This document shows positions 20,849-31,072 of a DNA stretch of 64,000 nucleotides, in pieces. How positions within the stretch are numbered: position 1 is the stretch's first letter; each line of letters opens with the position of its first letter. The translations under genes were made by a program, and so were the position numbers. This stretch comes from an uncultured Candidatus Saccharibacteria bacterium. GTDB taxonomy: Bacteria > Patescibacteriota > Minisyncoccia > Phycocordibacterales > UBA1006. A model generated the notes under the pieces. The model searched no databases, had not been told where the DNA came from, and saw only the letters and a list, made by a program, of their open reading frames with translations. The DNA lies in the NCBI GenBank assembly GCA_964350165.1, contig CAYGJA010000001.1:312377-376376 (forward strand). The letters run 5' to 3'.

Positions 20849-21715
20849 ACGTGAAATTTCAGGCAACCGCAAAACAAAGGCGGCTGTCACTAAAAAGCCC
20901 ACGAGAAGATTAATCCTGGGAAACCAAGCGTAAATACGTAATAATTTTTGGTGACTCGTGACATTTTTAAAAGACAGATACATTAATCCCAGATATATCA
21001 AAGTAAAGGGCACTAACCATTTACCCACAGATACAGCAGCTAATCCTCCGGCCACAACATAAAAAACAGCTGACCACACGATTGTTGCCCTTGCACCTAA
21101 ACGGGTAGCTATCGTCTCAATACCAGACTGCTTATCTGCGATAATATCTGGCACCGCCGAATAAGCGTGCATAGCCATCGACCACAGCAATCCAGCCACA
21201 ATTCCCATGATTGGGAACCCTTGACCTCCAACCAAAAAATAGCCATACACACCCGTCACCACATAGTGGCTAGCTGAAAAAAAACTATCTAACCCTGGCC
21301 TGATTTTGGCACGAATTGGTTTGGCAGAATAAAACGTCGCAAAAAAAACAAAGAGCACCAAACTGAGCGCAGCTGGCCACGAAACAAAAAAGAACAACAA
21401 TAAAAAGGGGGTGCACGTACCCACAATCCACTTCCAGACCACAGGATGGTCTTTGGGGTACAGCAGTGCCTCGTATTCTACTTTTTTGGCATTTAGCCTA
21501 TCTGTTTCATAGTCATAAATATCGTTAATGCCATAGATAAGAATATTGGCCGGTATCAAAAAAAACAAAAGAGACCCCAAAACAGCGGGCTCGAAAAGAT
21601 GTTCAGATGTCAGCCCTCCAGCAAACATACCCAGCACCAATGTGCCTACTTCGTACACCCAAAAACGCGGACGAGAAATAACGAGTATTTTTTTTAGCCA
21701 GCTACTTGTCATCAC
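20837..21715 (-). CDS. UbiA-family prenyltransferase, lycopene elongase (CrtEb/LyeJ)-like
   Basis: ISRPRFW, YGINDIYDYETD, YSAKPIRAK, AVPDIIAD; convergent with and overlapping crtI. Confidence 0.85.
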   Translation of the reverse strand: MMTSSWLKKILVISRPRFWVYEVGTLVLGMFAGGLTSEHLFEPAVLGSLLFFLIPANILIYGINDIYDYETDRLNAKKVEYEALLYPKDHPVVWKWIVGTCTPFLLLFFFVSWPAALSLVLFVFFATFYSAKPIRAKIRPGLDSFFSASHYVVTGVYGYFLVGGQGFPIMGIVAGLLWSMAMHAYSAVPDIIADKQSGIETIATRLGARATIVWSAVFYVVAGGLAAVSVGKWLVPFTLIYLGLMYLSFKNVTSHQKLLRIYAWFPRINLLVGFLVTAAFVLRLPEISRLIF

Positions 21716-22515
21716 ATCACGAACAAACCAGCCAATAATGTCATTATTCCAAACACAAGCACGAACAAACCGAACTTAATTTTTTCCGCCAAACGCATCA
21801 GTACATGAATGGTAAGCAATCCAAACACAAAAGCAGACAAAAGTCCGACTACACTTTCCGGTGTTATTACTCCTCTTTCAAAATTAAGAAGAATATTACC
21901 TCCCAAAACAATAGGGAGACTCATAATAAAAGAAAGCTGTAGAGCGTTCTTTTTCGCCACTCCCAACAAAAGAAGTAGTGAAACTGTAGTCCCCGAACGC
22001 GACACTCCAGGCAAAGCAGCTAAAGCCTGACCAAAACCAGTAACAACCGCGTCTTTGATTGTTAACCTTTGGTTTTGACGCTCTTTTCTTTTTGTTCTGG
22101 CAAATTGTAGCGCGGCTGTGAACAAGAGCATCACTCCCACCATAATGGTTATGACTCTTCCTGCTATCTCAAAATCAAAAGTCAACGACTCAAGCAATCG
22201 AAGCAGGGCGTACCCAAAACCGCCAGAAATAAGCGTAGCAATAACATAAAACCTCAACTCTTCTCGGGTTGTCTGATTTTGTTTTGACCACTGAAAGCAG
22301 GCCTGCACCAACCTGAAAACTTCTAGACGAAAATAAACAATTGCAGCCAAAAACGTTCCGAGATGAAAAAAAAGAGCAGTTCGAATCAGCGACTGAATAT
22401 TCGACTCCCCCAGCCAGTGAACCTGAGCCAACACCAAAACAGCCTCTGAACTAAAAGGCAACCACTCTACAACCCCCTGCAGGGCCCCCAGTACTATGTG
22501 CTCGATCATAACCAC
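21712..22515 (-). CDS. uppP: Undecaprenyl-diphosphate phosphatase
   Basis: LGALQGVVEWLPFSS and Q..A.LPGVSRSGTT motifs. Confidence 0.93.
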   Translation of the reverse strand: MVMIEHIVLGALQGVVEWLPFSSEAVLVLAQVHWLGESNIQSLIRTALFFHLGTFLAAIVYFRLEVFRLVQACFQWSKQNQTTREELRFYVIATLISGGFGYALLRLLESLTFDFEIAGRVITIMVGVMLLFTAALQFARTKRKERQNQRLTIKDAVVTGFGQALAALPGVSRSGTTVSLLLLLGVAKKNALQLSFIMSLPIVLGGNILLNFERGVITPESVVGLLSAFVFGLLTIHVLMRLAEKIKFGLFVLVFGIMTLLAGLFVM

Positions 22516-22536
22516 AGTATACCAACAACCCTGACA

Positions 22537-23787
22537 CTATCCGAGTAAACCACGAAAATCCATGGCTGTATTAATTTCTAGCAAAGCTTTTCCAAAAGCG
22601 GCTTGTCGCAAGGTTATGTTTTTTTCTTGCGATAGATTCCAAACGTCAGAAAAAGCAACTTTCATTTTTGCTTGTAATTTTTCTTGGATTTCTGTTTCTG
22701 TCCAATACCACTGCTGTCGGTTCTGAACCCACTCAAAATAACTAACGAGCACACCCCCAGAATTAGCAAGAATATCAGGAACAACCACCACACCCTTCTC
22801 TGCCAGAACCCGATCGGCTTCCGGAGTAATTGGACCATTGGCAAGTTCCAAGATTATTTGTGCTTGAATATTCTGGACGTTGTCTTTGGTGATTACTCCG
22901 TCTAGAGCGGCTGGCACCAAAATATCAACTGGCAAAACAAGGAACTCTTCACTGGTAACCACTTTTATTTTTCCTGCTTCTGCAGTATTCACGACTGATC
23001 CTTTTTCTTGTTTGATGGCAAAAACAGACTCAGGATCAAGTCCACCCTCATCATATATCCCTCCTTGGCTATCAGCCACGGCCACCACAGAAAAACCAAG
23101 CCCATGCAATAACTTGGCCACCAAATAACCAGCGTTACCAAACCCTTGTATAGCTACAGTTGATTTTTTGCCGAGCAAGCCCTTCTTTGTCAACAGTTCT
23201 TCCAGGGCATACACCCCACCTTGAGCTGTAGCACTGGCTCGACCCAAGCTGCCGCCCAGGACAATCGGCTTTCCCGTGATTACACCAGGCTGACTCTTGC
23301 CTATCACTTGCTCATATTCATCTAACATCCAAGACATAATTTGTGCATTTGTATAAACATCAGGCGCTGGAATGTCTTTGTCGACCCCGACATGGTTAGA
23401 CATGGCACGCATCCAAGCGCGCGAGATTTGTTGTATTTCTTTTGAAGAAAGTTCTTTGGAGTTAACTTGGACACCACCCTTGGCGCCACCAAAAGGAATA
23501 GCAATTACGGCGCACTTTATGGTCATGAGCGCGGCTAGGGCTTTTACTTCATCTTGGTCTGCGTCAGGATGAAAGCGAATTCCACCCTTATAAGGACCCC
23601 GAGCATTATTAAACTGAACTCGATAAGCAGACAAGGACTGCTCCCCTCCCTGATCAGATTGATACATGATTTCTTTTTCAATGATTTGATTTGGCTGAGA
23701 CAAAGCAGACACAAGATTGTCAGAGAGATTGAAAATCTTGGCAGTGGTGCGCAGGTTGTCTAGGTAGTTTTGAAAAGGTGTTTTCAT
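22537..23787 (-). CDS. gdhA: Glu/Leu/Phe/Val dehydrogenase (glutamate dehydrogenase)
   Basis: RGPYKGGIRFHP, GGAKGG, DIPAPDV, QGFGNAG, ELANGP, SYFEW. Confidence 0.93.
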   Translation of the reverse strand: MKTPFQNYLDNLRTTAKIFNLSDNLVSALSQPNQIIEKEIMYQSDQGGEQSLSAYRVQFNNARGPYKGGIRFHPDADQDEVKALAALMTIKCAVIAIPFGGAKGGVQVNSKELSSKEIQQISRAWMRAMSNHVGVDKDIPAPDVYTNAQIMSWMLDEYEQVIGKSQPGVITGKPIVLGGSLGRASATAQGGVYALEELLTKKGLLGKKSTVAIQGFGNAGYLVAKLLHGLGFSVVAVADSQGGIYDEGGLDPESVFAIKQEKGSVVNTAEAGKIKVVTSEEFLVLPVDILVPAALDGVITKDNVQNIQAQIILELANGPITPEADRVLAEKGVVVVPDILANSGGVLVSYFEWVQNRQQWYWTETEIQEKLQAKMKVAFSDVWNLSQEKNITLRQAAFGKALLEINTAMDFRGLLG

Positions 23788-23840
23788 AGATAAAAATTAT
23801 TTGCTTGCTTACTATAACAAATCAGCGCCTCCTTGGTGTC

Positions 23841-23871
23841 AAAAAACCCAGCGTAACTCGCCGGGTTTTTT
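23841..23871. terminator. Bidirectional intrinsic terminator-like hairpin
   Basis: aaaaaaccc-agcg-taact-cgcc-gggtttttt. Confidence 0.6.
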
Positions 23872-23893
23872 ATTAAAAGGACCCTAGTGCCTC

Positions 23894-24229
23894 TTACGAA
23901 GAATCAACCATCTCCTTCGCATAAAATGCATCCAGGGCTTCTTCGGCTGCTTTGGGGTCGCCTTCTGGGGCCCATCTCCCCTTCCAGAAAAAAACCTGGA
24001 ATCTAAAGATGTTTTTCCTCCAAATGTGACCCTTAATGTTCACCGTGACCTCTGGGAGTAAACCGGCAGAACCATACTCCACCGAAACTCTTACCAAGCT
24101 AGAGTCCCGCTGAATCAGAGCCTCTATTTTTTGGGAATCTGAGGGTCCCCAAAATTGGGCACGTCCGGAAGACATGATTAGGAGCAGTGCCGTAATCAGC
24201 ACAATGCTCCTTTTTTTTATTTTCTTCAT
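23894..24229 (-). CDS. Small secreted hypothetical protein
   Basis: Signal-peptide-like N-terminus MKKIKKRSIVLITALLL. Confidence 0.55.
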   Translation of the reverse strand: MKKIKKRSIVLITALLLIMSSGRAQFWGPSDSQKIEALIQRDSSLVRVSVEYGSAGLLPEVTVNIKGHIWRKNIFRFQVFFWKGRWAPEGDPKAAEEALDAFYAKEMVDSS

Positions 24230-24306
24230 GAGAAAAAAAATTAAAAGGTTCCCTTAGAAAATGCAATACACAGGTACAATCGTCAACTTTACGCCAGCAA
24301 GCAGGT

Positions 24307-24353
24307 GTGGCCAAACAAAAAACAGCCTTTTGGGCTGTTTTTTGTTTGGCCAC
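24307..24353. terminator. Long palindrome (21-bp arms), probable terminator
   Basis: gtggccaaacaaaaaacagcc-ttttg-ggctgttttttgtttggccac, just after the frameshifted gene. Confidence 0.65.
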
Positions 24354-24371
24354 GATACTCGGAGCAAAAAA

Positions 24372-24835
24372 CTAGGATTGGAGCTGAAGCTCACGCTGAC
24401 CATATCCGTGTTTCATTTTCTTGCCTGGAAAATCAATGCCCGATGTTTCGATAAGTGTCCGAGCTTGCTCGTATTCTCCTGACTGACGCAAAGCTTTGGC
24501 TTCGTCAAGGATGGCTCTATCTTCGTCCGACAACGTTTCTAGAAAAGTTCGCCCCGCTCTCCCTTTTGACCAAAATGAGGTGCGGGTAATTCTATGTCAG
24601 AAGCCTCCATGAGTGCTCGCGCTTCTTCATGATTGCCGGCCTGATGCAATTCTCGAGCTTGTTCTGCTACTGCTTTCTGTTCTGGAGTTAAATTTTCAAA
24701 AAATGGAGCATGCTCTGCTCTTCCAATTCCTCGATTGTCTTCTGACGGGAAGGCGGCTTGCGTAACTCCCACAGAGCCAAGGACGGCCCCCAAAACCAGG
24801 GCACTAATAACTAAAGGTTTGTTGATGTTTTTCAT
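24372..24835 (-). pseudogene. Secreted two-repeat helical protein interrupted by a 1-nt frameshift
   Basis: The 98-aa ORF stops at GAA CTT TTC TAG. The shifted frame continues LETLSDEDRAILDEAKALRQSGEYEQARTLIETSGIDFP, a repeat of FENLTPEQKAVAEQARELHQAGNHEEARALMEASDIELP. Confidence 0.8.
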
Positions 24836-24836
24836 A

Positions 24837-25679
24837 TTACTGATTGATTAAAGTGTCTTCGTAATGAAGCCCGGCCGAGCCACACTTTATAGTACGCAGG
24901 AAATCTTTTTTTCTTTCAACTTTAAACAATATGTCTTTTTTGTTTTTACCAAACCCACCCCCTGGAACAGGAAATTCTTTTGGGCCTCCTCGCAAAAAGA
25001 AAGGAGAAACTCGACAAGCACCAAAAGTGTCTTCGTCAACAGAATAACCAATAACGCGAACCATTCGAAAATCATCCAAAGCTCGCTGGCTCGGCTCGTG
25101 CTCCACCAACATATACACTTGCCACTCTTTTCCACCGGGAGTCATTACCACAACCCGACCATCCTCGAGATGTTCATTAACAATTCCCACCAACAAACCA
25201 TCCTCTGCACTATTCTCGAATAATATCTTTTGTTCCAAAACAGTTTGATATCTTGGGAAATGTTTATCGGTAATTTTTTCAACAACATAGCCGACTCCCA
25301 AAAAATACAGAACTAGGCCAAAAACGAAACTAGCAAGCAAATGAACACTCACGAGCACAACGAATGAATAGCGGTATCCCTTGTCAGTACGACGAACACC
25401 CATCTCGGCCACAATCAAGAAAACAAGGAAGACAATTATCCAGATATATGGCGCAACGCTGGCAAACAAGGACAATCTCGAGACTCCGGCTGCTACAAGA
25501 AAGCTTTTTCCATGATTAACAAAAATAAAAATACTTACTGCCACGGAAAGGGCTCCAACCACAGTGGCCACCATCCCTGTTGCCCAAAAAAAACCATTTT
25601 TCAATAAAAAAACATATCGAGGAGTAGGTTCCTTTTCCTTTATTTTCTCTTGAATTATTTTTTGTAAATTATTGTTCAT
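24837..25679 (-). CDS. Membrane protein, probable anti-sigma partner
   Basis: 3 TM helices, overlaps the ECF sigma stop codon. Confidence 0.6.
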   Translation of the reverse strand: MNNNLQKIIQEKIKEKEPTPRYVFLLKNGFFWATGMVATVVGALSVAVSIFIFVNHGKSFLVAAGVSRLSLFASVAPYIWIIVFLVFLIVAEMGVRRTDKGYRYSFVVLVSVHLLASFVFGLVLYFLGVGYVVEKITDKHFPRYQTVLEQKILFENSAEDGLLVGIVNEHLEDGRVVVMTPGGKEWQVYMLVEHEPSQRALDDFRMVRVIGYSVDEDTFGACRVSPFFLRGGPKEFPVPGGGFGKNKKDILFKVERKKDFLRTIKCGSAGLHYEDTLINQ

Positions 25680-26265
25680 GGTGATTGGGATTATGTTCTT
25701 CCAATGCCAATTTCAGCTTTTTTTTAGCCCGATGAATAAGGGTGGCGATTGTTCCTGGTGGCTTCTTGATAATGTCACCGATCTCTTCATAGCTATGGCC
25801 CTCAAGAAATTTTAAAACAAGAACTTGCCGATACTTGTGATCAATAGTCGCCAAAGCTTGTTGCAAAAGCAGGGCGTCTATTTTTGTATCGAGAGATTCT
25901 TCTAGCGAGAAACTGTCGCCAAACTCATTCAGATCTCCATCTTCGAGCTCGTATCGGTTGCCTTCTGGTCTTCGTGAATATTTACGATACCGACTCACGG
26001 TTTCGTTGTAAGCAATACGATATATCCAAGTAGAAAACCTCAGCCCACTATCAAAACCACGCAGATTAATATAGGTTTTCACAAAAACATCTTGCAAAAT
26101 ATCAACCACGTCTTCTTCGGATACACTGGTAATCCTCCTAATATACCGCCTCAGCTTTTCTTGATAGCGCTCAATAATGTATCCAAAAAAATCTTTGTTT
26201 TGCAAAGAAAGAGCGACCAATTTTTCGTCAGTTATCTCAACATTCACCGGCCCTTTTTCGCCCAT
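25669..26265 (-). CDS. ECF RNA polymerase sigma factor
   Basis: DILQDVFVK, FSTWIYRIAYN, SYEEIG...GTIATLIHRAKKKL. Confidence 0.95.
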   Translation of the reverse strand: MGEKGPVNVEITDEKLVALSLQNKDFFGYIIERYQEKLRRYIRRITSVSEEDVVDILQDVFVKTYINLRGFDSGLRFSTWIYRIAYNETVSRYRKYSRRPEGNRYELEDGDLNEFGDSFSLEESLDTKIDALLLQQALATIDHKYRQVLVLKFLEGHSYEEIGDIIKKPPGTIATLIHRAKKKLKLALEEHNPNHHEQ

Positions 26266-26287
26266 AATTATTAGTACGCAAGCATTG

Positions 26288-29200
26288 CTATTTTTCTTTC
26301 ATTTTTTGATTTTGTTTTACTAGGCTTTTTCGATAAAGAACAGGTATCAGCACCAACGTCAAAAGAACGGCAAAAGAAAGTCCAAAAATAATAGACCAAG
26401 CCAACGGTGCCCAAATAGCTGATGCATAAGTAAGCGGAACCACTCCCACAACCGTAGTAAGTGTTGTGAGCAAGATTGGACGCAAACGTTGTACTGCACC
26501 CTCGATTGCAATCTTTTTTGGAGACCAGTCTGGATTTTTTGCGTGCAGGCTATTCATGACATCAATCAAAATGATTGAATTATTCACAGCAATACCAGCG
26601 ACCGCAATGAATCCCATAATAGAAGGAAACGAAACTGCTTGACGAGACAATGCTAGTCCGACAAAAATACCAATCAAAATAAATGGCAGAATAGAGATAA
26701 TGATAAAAGCTTGTCGGAAGGAATTAAACTGAATTACTAATACGGCAACAATAAGTAAAACTCCATAAATAAGCGCAAAACCAAGATCAACAAAAGATTG
26801 ATTTGTTTCTTCGTTCTCGCCTCCAAAATCAATTTCAACCCCAGCTGGTAGAGATATTTTTTCTTGAATTTCTTTTTGCAAAAGCGTCGTGACTTCTCGC
26901 ACGTTGTATCCATCATCAAGATCAGCCGTTACGTCTATTTTTCGTTTTTGATCTTTGCGGTCAATCTTTGCGTTTGCTTTTACGATATCTGAACTCAAAA
27001 CAGTTCCGAGTAATATATCCTCTCCTGAACGATTCTTGATGGTTAGGTTTTCAATAGTATCAATAGTGGTTTCCACGTTACTACGCAAGTCAATTGTTCT
27101 GTCATTCAAACCAAGGCGAACACGAACGTCAATGTCTTCTCCACCAAAACGAATCGCAGTAGCATCAAATCCGTACACAGCATTTCTCAAGAACGACCCA
27201 ACCGTAGCCACATCAAGCCCAGCTGCAACGGCTCGTTGTCGGTCAATAGTGAGAACAAAATCAACCCCATCATCCTCTAGGCTAGTATTAATGTCTCGAA
27301 CCCCTTCAATATCAGCTAAAAGAGCAACTGTCTGTTCCGCCACTAACCCAAGAGGCTCCGCGTCTTGTCCCAAAAAAGTAACCGAAATAGGGTCTCCTAC
27401 TGGTGGACCAGAAGATAGCTCGGCAATCCGAACATCTGCCTGGGGTGCGGCTTTTTCTATTTCTTTTCTAATCTGCTCGGCCGCTTTTGTGCCGGTACGC
27501 TTGCGGTTCTTGCTCAAAATCACAGAAATATTGGCCTTACTAGAGCCACTGTCGCCATCAGTAAAAGAAGAAAGTGCTCCGACGGTGGTCACAAAAGCCT
27601 CAACATCAGGCTGAGCCAAAAGAACAGTTTCTGCCTCTCTAACCGATGCATCAGTTACCGACAAAATCGTTCCCTGTTTTTGTTCAATATTAATAAACAA
27701 ATACTCAGAATCTTCTCCGGGAAAAAATACTGTTTTTACTAGCCCCGTGGCAGGCAAAAACAAACTCACCACCAGCAGAACAATGATCCCCCTCTGGAAA
27801 CGTTTTTCTTTTTGCTTGTTACCAACAATACTGCTCAAGCGAGAGCGATACCAATCCTGAATTTGTTCGGTTATCTGGCGACGACGAACAGCGAACTTGG
27901 AATCAGCTTTATCGGTAATACGCAAAAATCGTTGCGCAAAAACAGGCAAAAGCGCCAGAGCCACAAAGAGAGATGCCACCAAAACGAATATCATTGTAAA
28001 CGGAATACTGGCAATAAATTTTCCGGTTACCCCAGAAATAAAGAACAGCGGGAAAAACACAGCCACGGTGGTCATCGTTCCGGCAACTACCGGCCAGTGT
28101 AATTCTTTGATTGCTTGTAGGGTTGCTTTTTTGGGAGGCAGTCCATCTCTAAGATTGGTATAAATCCCCTCGGTCACCACAATCGCAGAGTCAACCAGAA
28201 TTCCTACTGCCAAAATCAAAGAAAACAGACTTACGAAATTAATAGTATTACCAGAACCATTCAAGCCAATAAAAGCAATCAGAAATGAAATCGGTATCGC
28301 AAAACCAGCCAACAAAGCCTCTCTTGTTCCCAAGGCCACCATCAAAACAATCACAACCAACAGTACCGTCTGAAGACCCGAACTAGATAGTTGTCGCAAA
28401 TCATCACGGACATCATCTCCGGTATTAAACAAAATAAAAGTTTCTGATTCTGACAGTTCTGTTTCTTTCAGGGTTTCTATTTTTGCAACCACCTCATTGG
28501 CAACTCGGGTAACATCAGACCCGGCCTGTTTGAATACAGAAAAGGAAATTGCTTGCTGAGGAGCCTGACCATCAAGACTCAGTCGGGCCAAGCTATCAGT
28601 TGAACCTAGACCGTCAGAAACAAAAGCAACGTCCCTAACATACACAGGGACCCCACCTCGTGTCGTAATCGGAACATCGCGAATCATTGAAACGTCAGCA
28701 ATTTCACCTTCAAAATTAACCGCATATTGAATACCTCCAACAGTGATTCCCCCAACTGGCAAAGACTGATTAGCAGACCGAATAGCCGCAACTAATTCTG
28801 AAAGACCAATATCATAACGTTCCAATTTTTCACGCTCAGCAATAATCTGAACTTCTCGACCAGCCACACCACTGCTGGCGACACGAGAAACTCCCGGAAT
28901 TCTTTCTATCTCGTTTTCAACAAAATCAGCCAAAGACAGCAGATCAACCAAAGGAAGTTGGCTAGATACCGAAAATTCAACAATAGGCTGGTCTACAAAG
29001 TTAACCTCTGCCACGTTGGGGTCGGTGGCGTCACTCGGCAGCCCCGTAACTTTGTCCACCTCGTCTTTTGCTTCCTGAATCGAATCATCCAGATTAGCAC
29101 TCGGTAAAAACTCTGCCACAACTACGGAGACTCCTTCGCGTGATGTAGAGGTGATTTGTTTTATTTCGGACAAACCGCTCGCCAACTGGTCTTCGATGGG

Positions 29201-29398
29201 GATGGAAAGCAACTGCTCAACGTCTTCAGCAGAAGCACCAGGCAGTACAGTGGTTACCACCGCAATCGGAATACGAACTTCTGGCGCTGATTCTTTAGGA
29301 ATAGCAACCAGAGCGCCAAAACCAACAAGCAAAAGAGCCACCGTCAACAGATAGGTGAAGTTAAATTTTTCTATAAAAAATTTCCAGAAACTATACAT
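26288..29398 (-). CDS. RND efflux permease (AcrB family)
   Basis: 1036 aa; PGASAEDVE, GILVDSAIVV, RLRPILLT. Confidence 0.96.
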   Translation of the reverse strand: MYSFWKFFIEKFNFTYLLTVALLLVGFGALVAIPKESAPEVRIPIAVVTTVLPGASAEDVEQLLSIPIEDQLASGLSEIKQITSTSREGVSVVVAEFLPSANLDDSIQEAKDEVDKVTGLPSDATDPNVAEVNFVDQPIVEFSVSSQLPLVDLLSLADFVENEIERIPGVSRVASSGVAGREVQIIAEREKLERYDIGLSELVAAIRSANQSLPVGGITVGGIQYAVNFEGEIADVSMIRDVPITTRGGVPVYVRDVAFVSDGLGSTDSLARLSLDGQAPQQAISFSVFKQAGSDVTRVANEVVAKIETLKETELSESETFILFNTGDDVRDDLRQLSSSGLQTVLLVVIVLMVALGTREALLAGFAIPISFLIAFIGLNGSGNTINFVSLFSLILAVGILVDSAIVVTEGIYTNLRDGLPPKKATLQAIKELHWPVVAGTMTTVAVFFPLFFISGVTGKFIASIPFTMIFVLVASLFVALALLPVFAQRFLRITDKADSKFAVRRRQITEQIQDWYRSRLSSIVGNKQKEKRFQRGIIVLLVVSLFLPATGLVKTVFFPGEDSEYLFINIEQKQGTILSVTDASVREAETVLLAQPDVEAFVTTVGALSSFTDGDSGSSKANISVILSKNRKRTGTKAAEQIRKEIEKAAPQADVRIAELSSGPPVGDPISVTFLGQDAEPLGLVAEQTVALLADIEGVRDINTSLEDDGVDFVLTIDRQRAVAAGLDVATVGSFLRNAVYGFDATAIRFGGEDIDVRVRLGLNDRTIDLRSNVETTIDTIENLTIKNRSGEDILLGTVLSSDIVKANAKIDRKDQKRKIDVTADLDDGYNVREVTTLLQKEIQEKISLPAGVEIDFGGENEETNQSFVDLGFALIYGVLLIVAVLVIQFNSFRQAFIIISILPFILIGIFVGLALSRQAVSFPSIMGFIAVAGIAVNNSIILIDVMNSLHAKNPDWSPKKIAIEGAVQRLRPILLTTLTTVVGVVPLTYASAIWAPLAWSIIFGLSFAVLLTLVLIPVLYRKSLVKQNQKMKEK

Positions 29399-29399
29399 A

Positions 29400-31016
29400 T
29401 TACTGGGCAGATTCGAGAGTAACCTTTTCTCCTATTTTAACGCCACGCACATCGGTAATGATTTTCGTATCCAACGACAAACCTTCGTACACCAGCACTC
29501 TATCCCCCACAACGGGACCAACCTCAACCGATACCGCCTCGGTAATTCCATCTTCATTTATAGTTAACACAGAAAAACCATCAGCCAGAACCTTGAGAGC
29601 AGCCAAAGGAACTAATACTTGTTCAGGGTCTTCTAGTGAGCGCTGAATGGATATTTTTACTGTCTGACCATCAGTCAGTCCAACAGTAGTGTTGGGTAAA
29701 ATTTTGACTTCGATTTTTTGAGTAGCCGCGTCTATGGTTGGAGCAACCTGAATCACCTCACCAGGAATAGCGCTTGAGCCAATGGTCACCAAAGACCCTT
29801 TTCCCACAAATTCTATTTCTGAATCATTCAAATAAGCAATTATCTCCAAAGCTTGGCCATTAGCAATCAAGGCAACTGGCTCCAGCATTGAAACAAAATC
29901 CCCTGTCTCAATATCTAGACGAGTAACCACTCCATCAATCGGCGCGGATATGGTTGTTTTTGCGAGATTCAATTGAGCAGAACGAAGAGCGGCTTCGGCT
30001 TGTGCCACGGAAGCTTGGGCGGTGGTATTGCCAGTCAGGCTCGACTGATTAGTCTGCTCTGCAGAAATCTGCACAGCTGTTTCAGCCTGAACCAACCCAC
30101 CACGCACACCGGACAGCGAGTTAACAACCCCATTTACAATACTTCTCGAACCACTAGCAGCGGCTCTCCAGGCTGTAATCTGAGCCGCGCTCAAAGATTC
30201 CGATCCTTGCGCCCCAAGAGAGGCAGTTACCAAACTAGACAAAAAAACTCGCACCTGTTCTGCATACCCCTCAGCGATATTCAAATCAGACGCAGACACG
30301 GATTCGTCACTGAGTCCTTCTATCGATAATTTCCATTGAGCAAGAATCTTGGTTATGTTTTGACGCTCTGCTCCTAGTCTTTCACCTAACTGTTGATTAT
30401 TGCTAACAACAAAAGCCAATGCAGGATTCGTTGTTTCTGGATTAAAAAACAAAGTATCTGCTTGTCCTCGAACAGCATCATCAACCTGAGCATAAGCTGT
30501 TTTTATCGCATTCAATGCGGCAATCTTTGCTTCTCGTAATACCTGCTCTGCATTTTCCAAACCGACCTGGTTAAGTGTCTGTGAGGTTCCAATTGCGGCT
30601 CTAGCAGCCGTAACTGCCGCTTGTGCTTGTGCAACACCTGCAACCTGGGTGGCGTTTTCTATGGTGGCAATGACTTGCCCCCGCTGAACACGCTGTCCTT
30701 CGGTCACCCGAACCGATGTCACTCTTCCCTGTGCTTCTGTTCGCAAAGTTGCTTCTGATTGCGAAGAAACCTCACCCAAAATCCGAATTGGGTCTTTGTT
30801 TTGGCTAAGCTCTCTCACTGAGGCAACGCTTACTTGGTTGGGACGATAATCATCAACCAGTTCGGTGGTGTTTGCGGGTGCGCCCATTTTTGAACCCAAA
30901 AAGAAACCGCCGACTATTAAAATAGTCAAAAAACCACCCACAATAATCTTGTTCTTTAAAGAAAGATGTTTCACATCTTTCCAGAGCCTATGCAAATAGA
31001 AATTTTTCTGAGTCAT
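29400..31016 (-). CDS. RND periplasmic adaptor subunit
   Basis: Lipoyl half-motifs (GRVTSVRVTEGQRV; ISAPIDGVV) around a long coiled coil. Confidence 0.92.
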   Translation of the reverse strand: MTQKNFYLHRLWKDVKHLSLKNKIIVGGFLTILIVGGFFLGSKMGAPANTTELVDDYRPNQVSVASVRELSQNKDPIRILGEVSSQSEATLRTEAQGRVTSVRVTEGQRVQRGQVIATIENATQVAGVAQAQAAVTAARAAIGTSQTLNQVGLENAEQVLREAKIAALNAIKTAYAQVDDAVRGQADTLFFNPETTNPALAFVVSNNQQLGERLGAERQNITKILAQWKLSIEGLSDESVSASDLNIAEGYAEQVRVFLSSLVTASLGAQGSESLSAAQITAWRAAASGSRSIVNGVVNSLSGVRGGLVQAETAVQISAEQTNQSSLTGNTTAQASVAQAEAALRSAQLNLAKTTISAPIDGVVTRLDIETGDFVSMLEPVALIANGQALEIIAYLNDSEIEFVGKGSLVTIGSSAIPGEVIQVAPTIDAATQKIEVKILPNTTVGLTDGQTVKISIQRSLEDPEQVLVPLAALKVLADGFSVLTINEDGITEAVSVEVGPVVGDRVLVYEGLSLDTKIITDVRGVKIGEKVTLESAQ

Positions 31017-31072
31017 TATATTATAAGGAGACTACGGATACAGGGACCATAGTAGTGGACCAAAAATGAATG

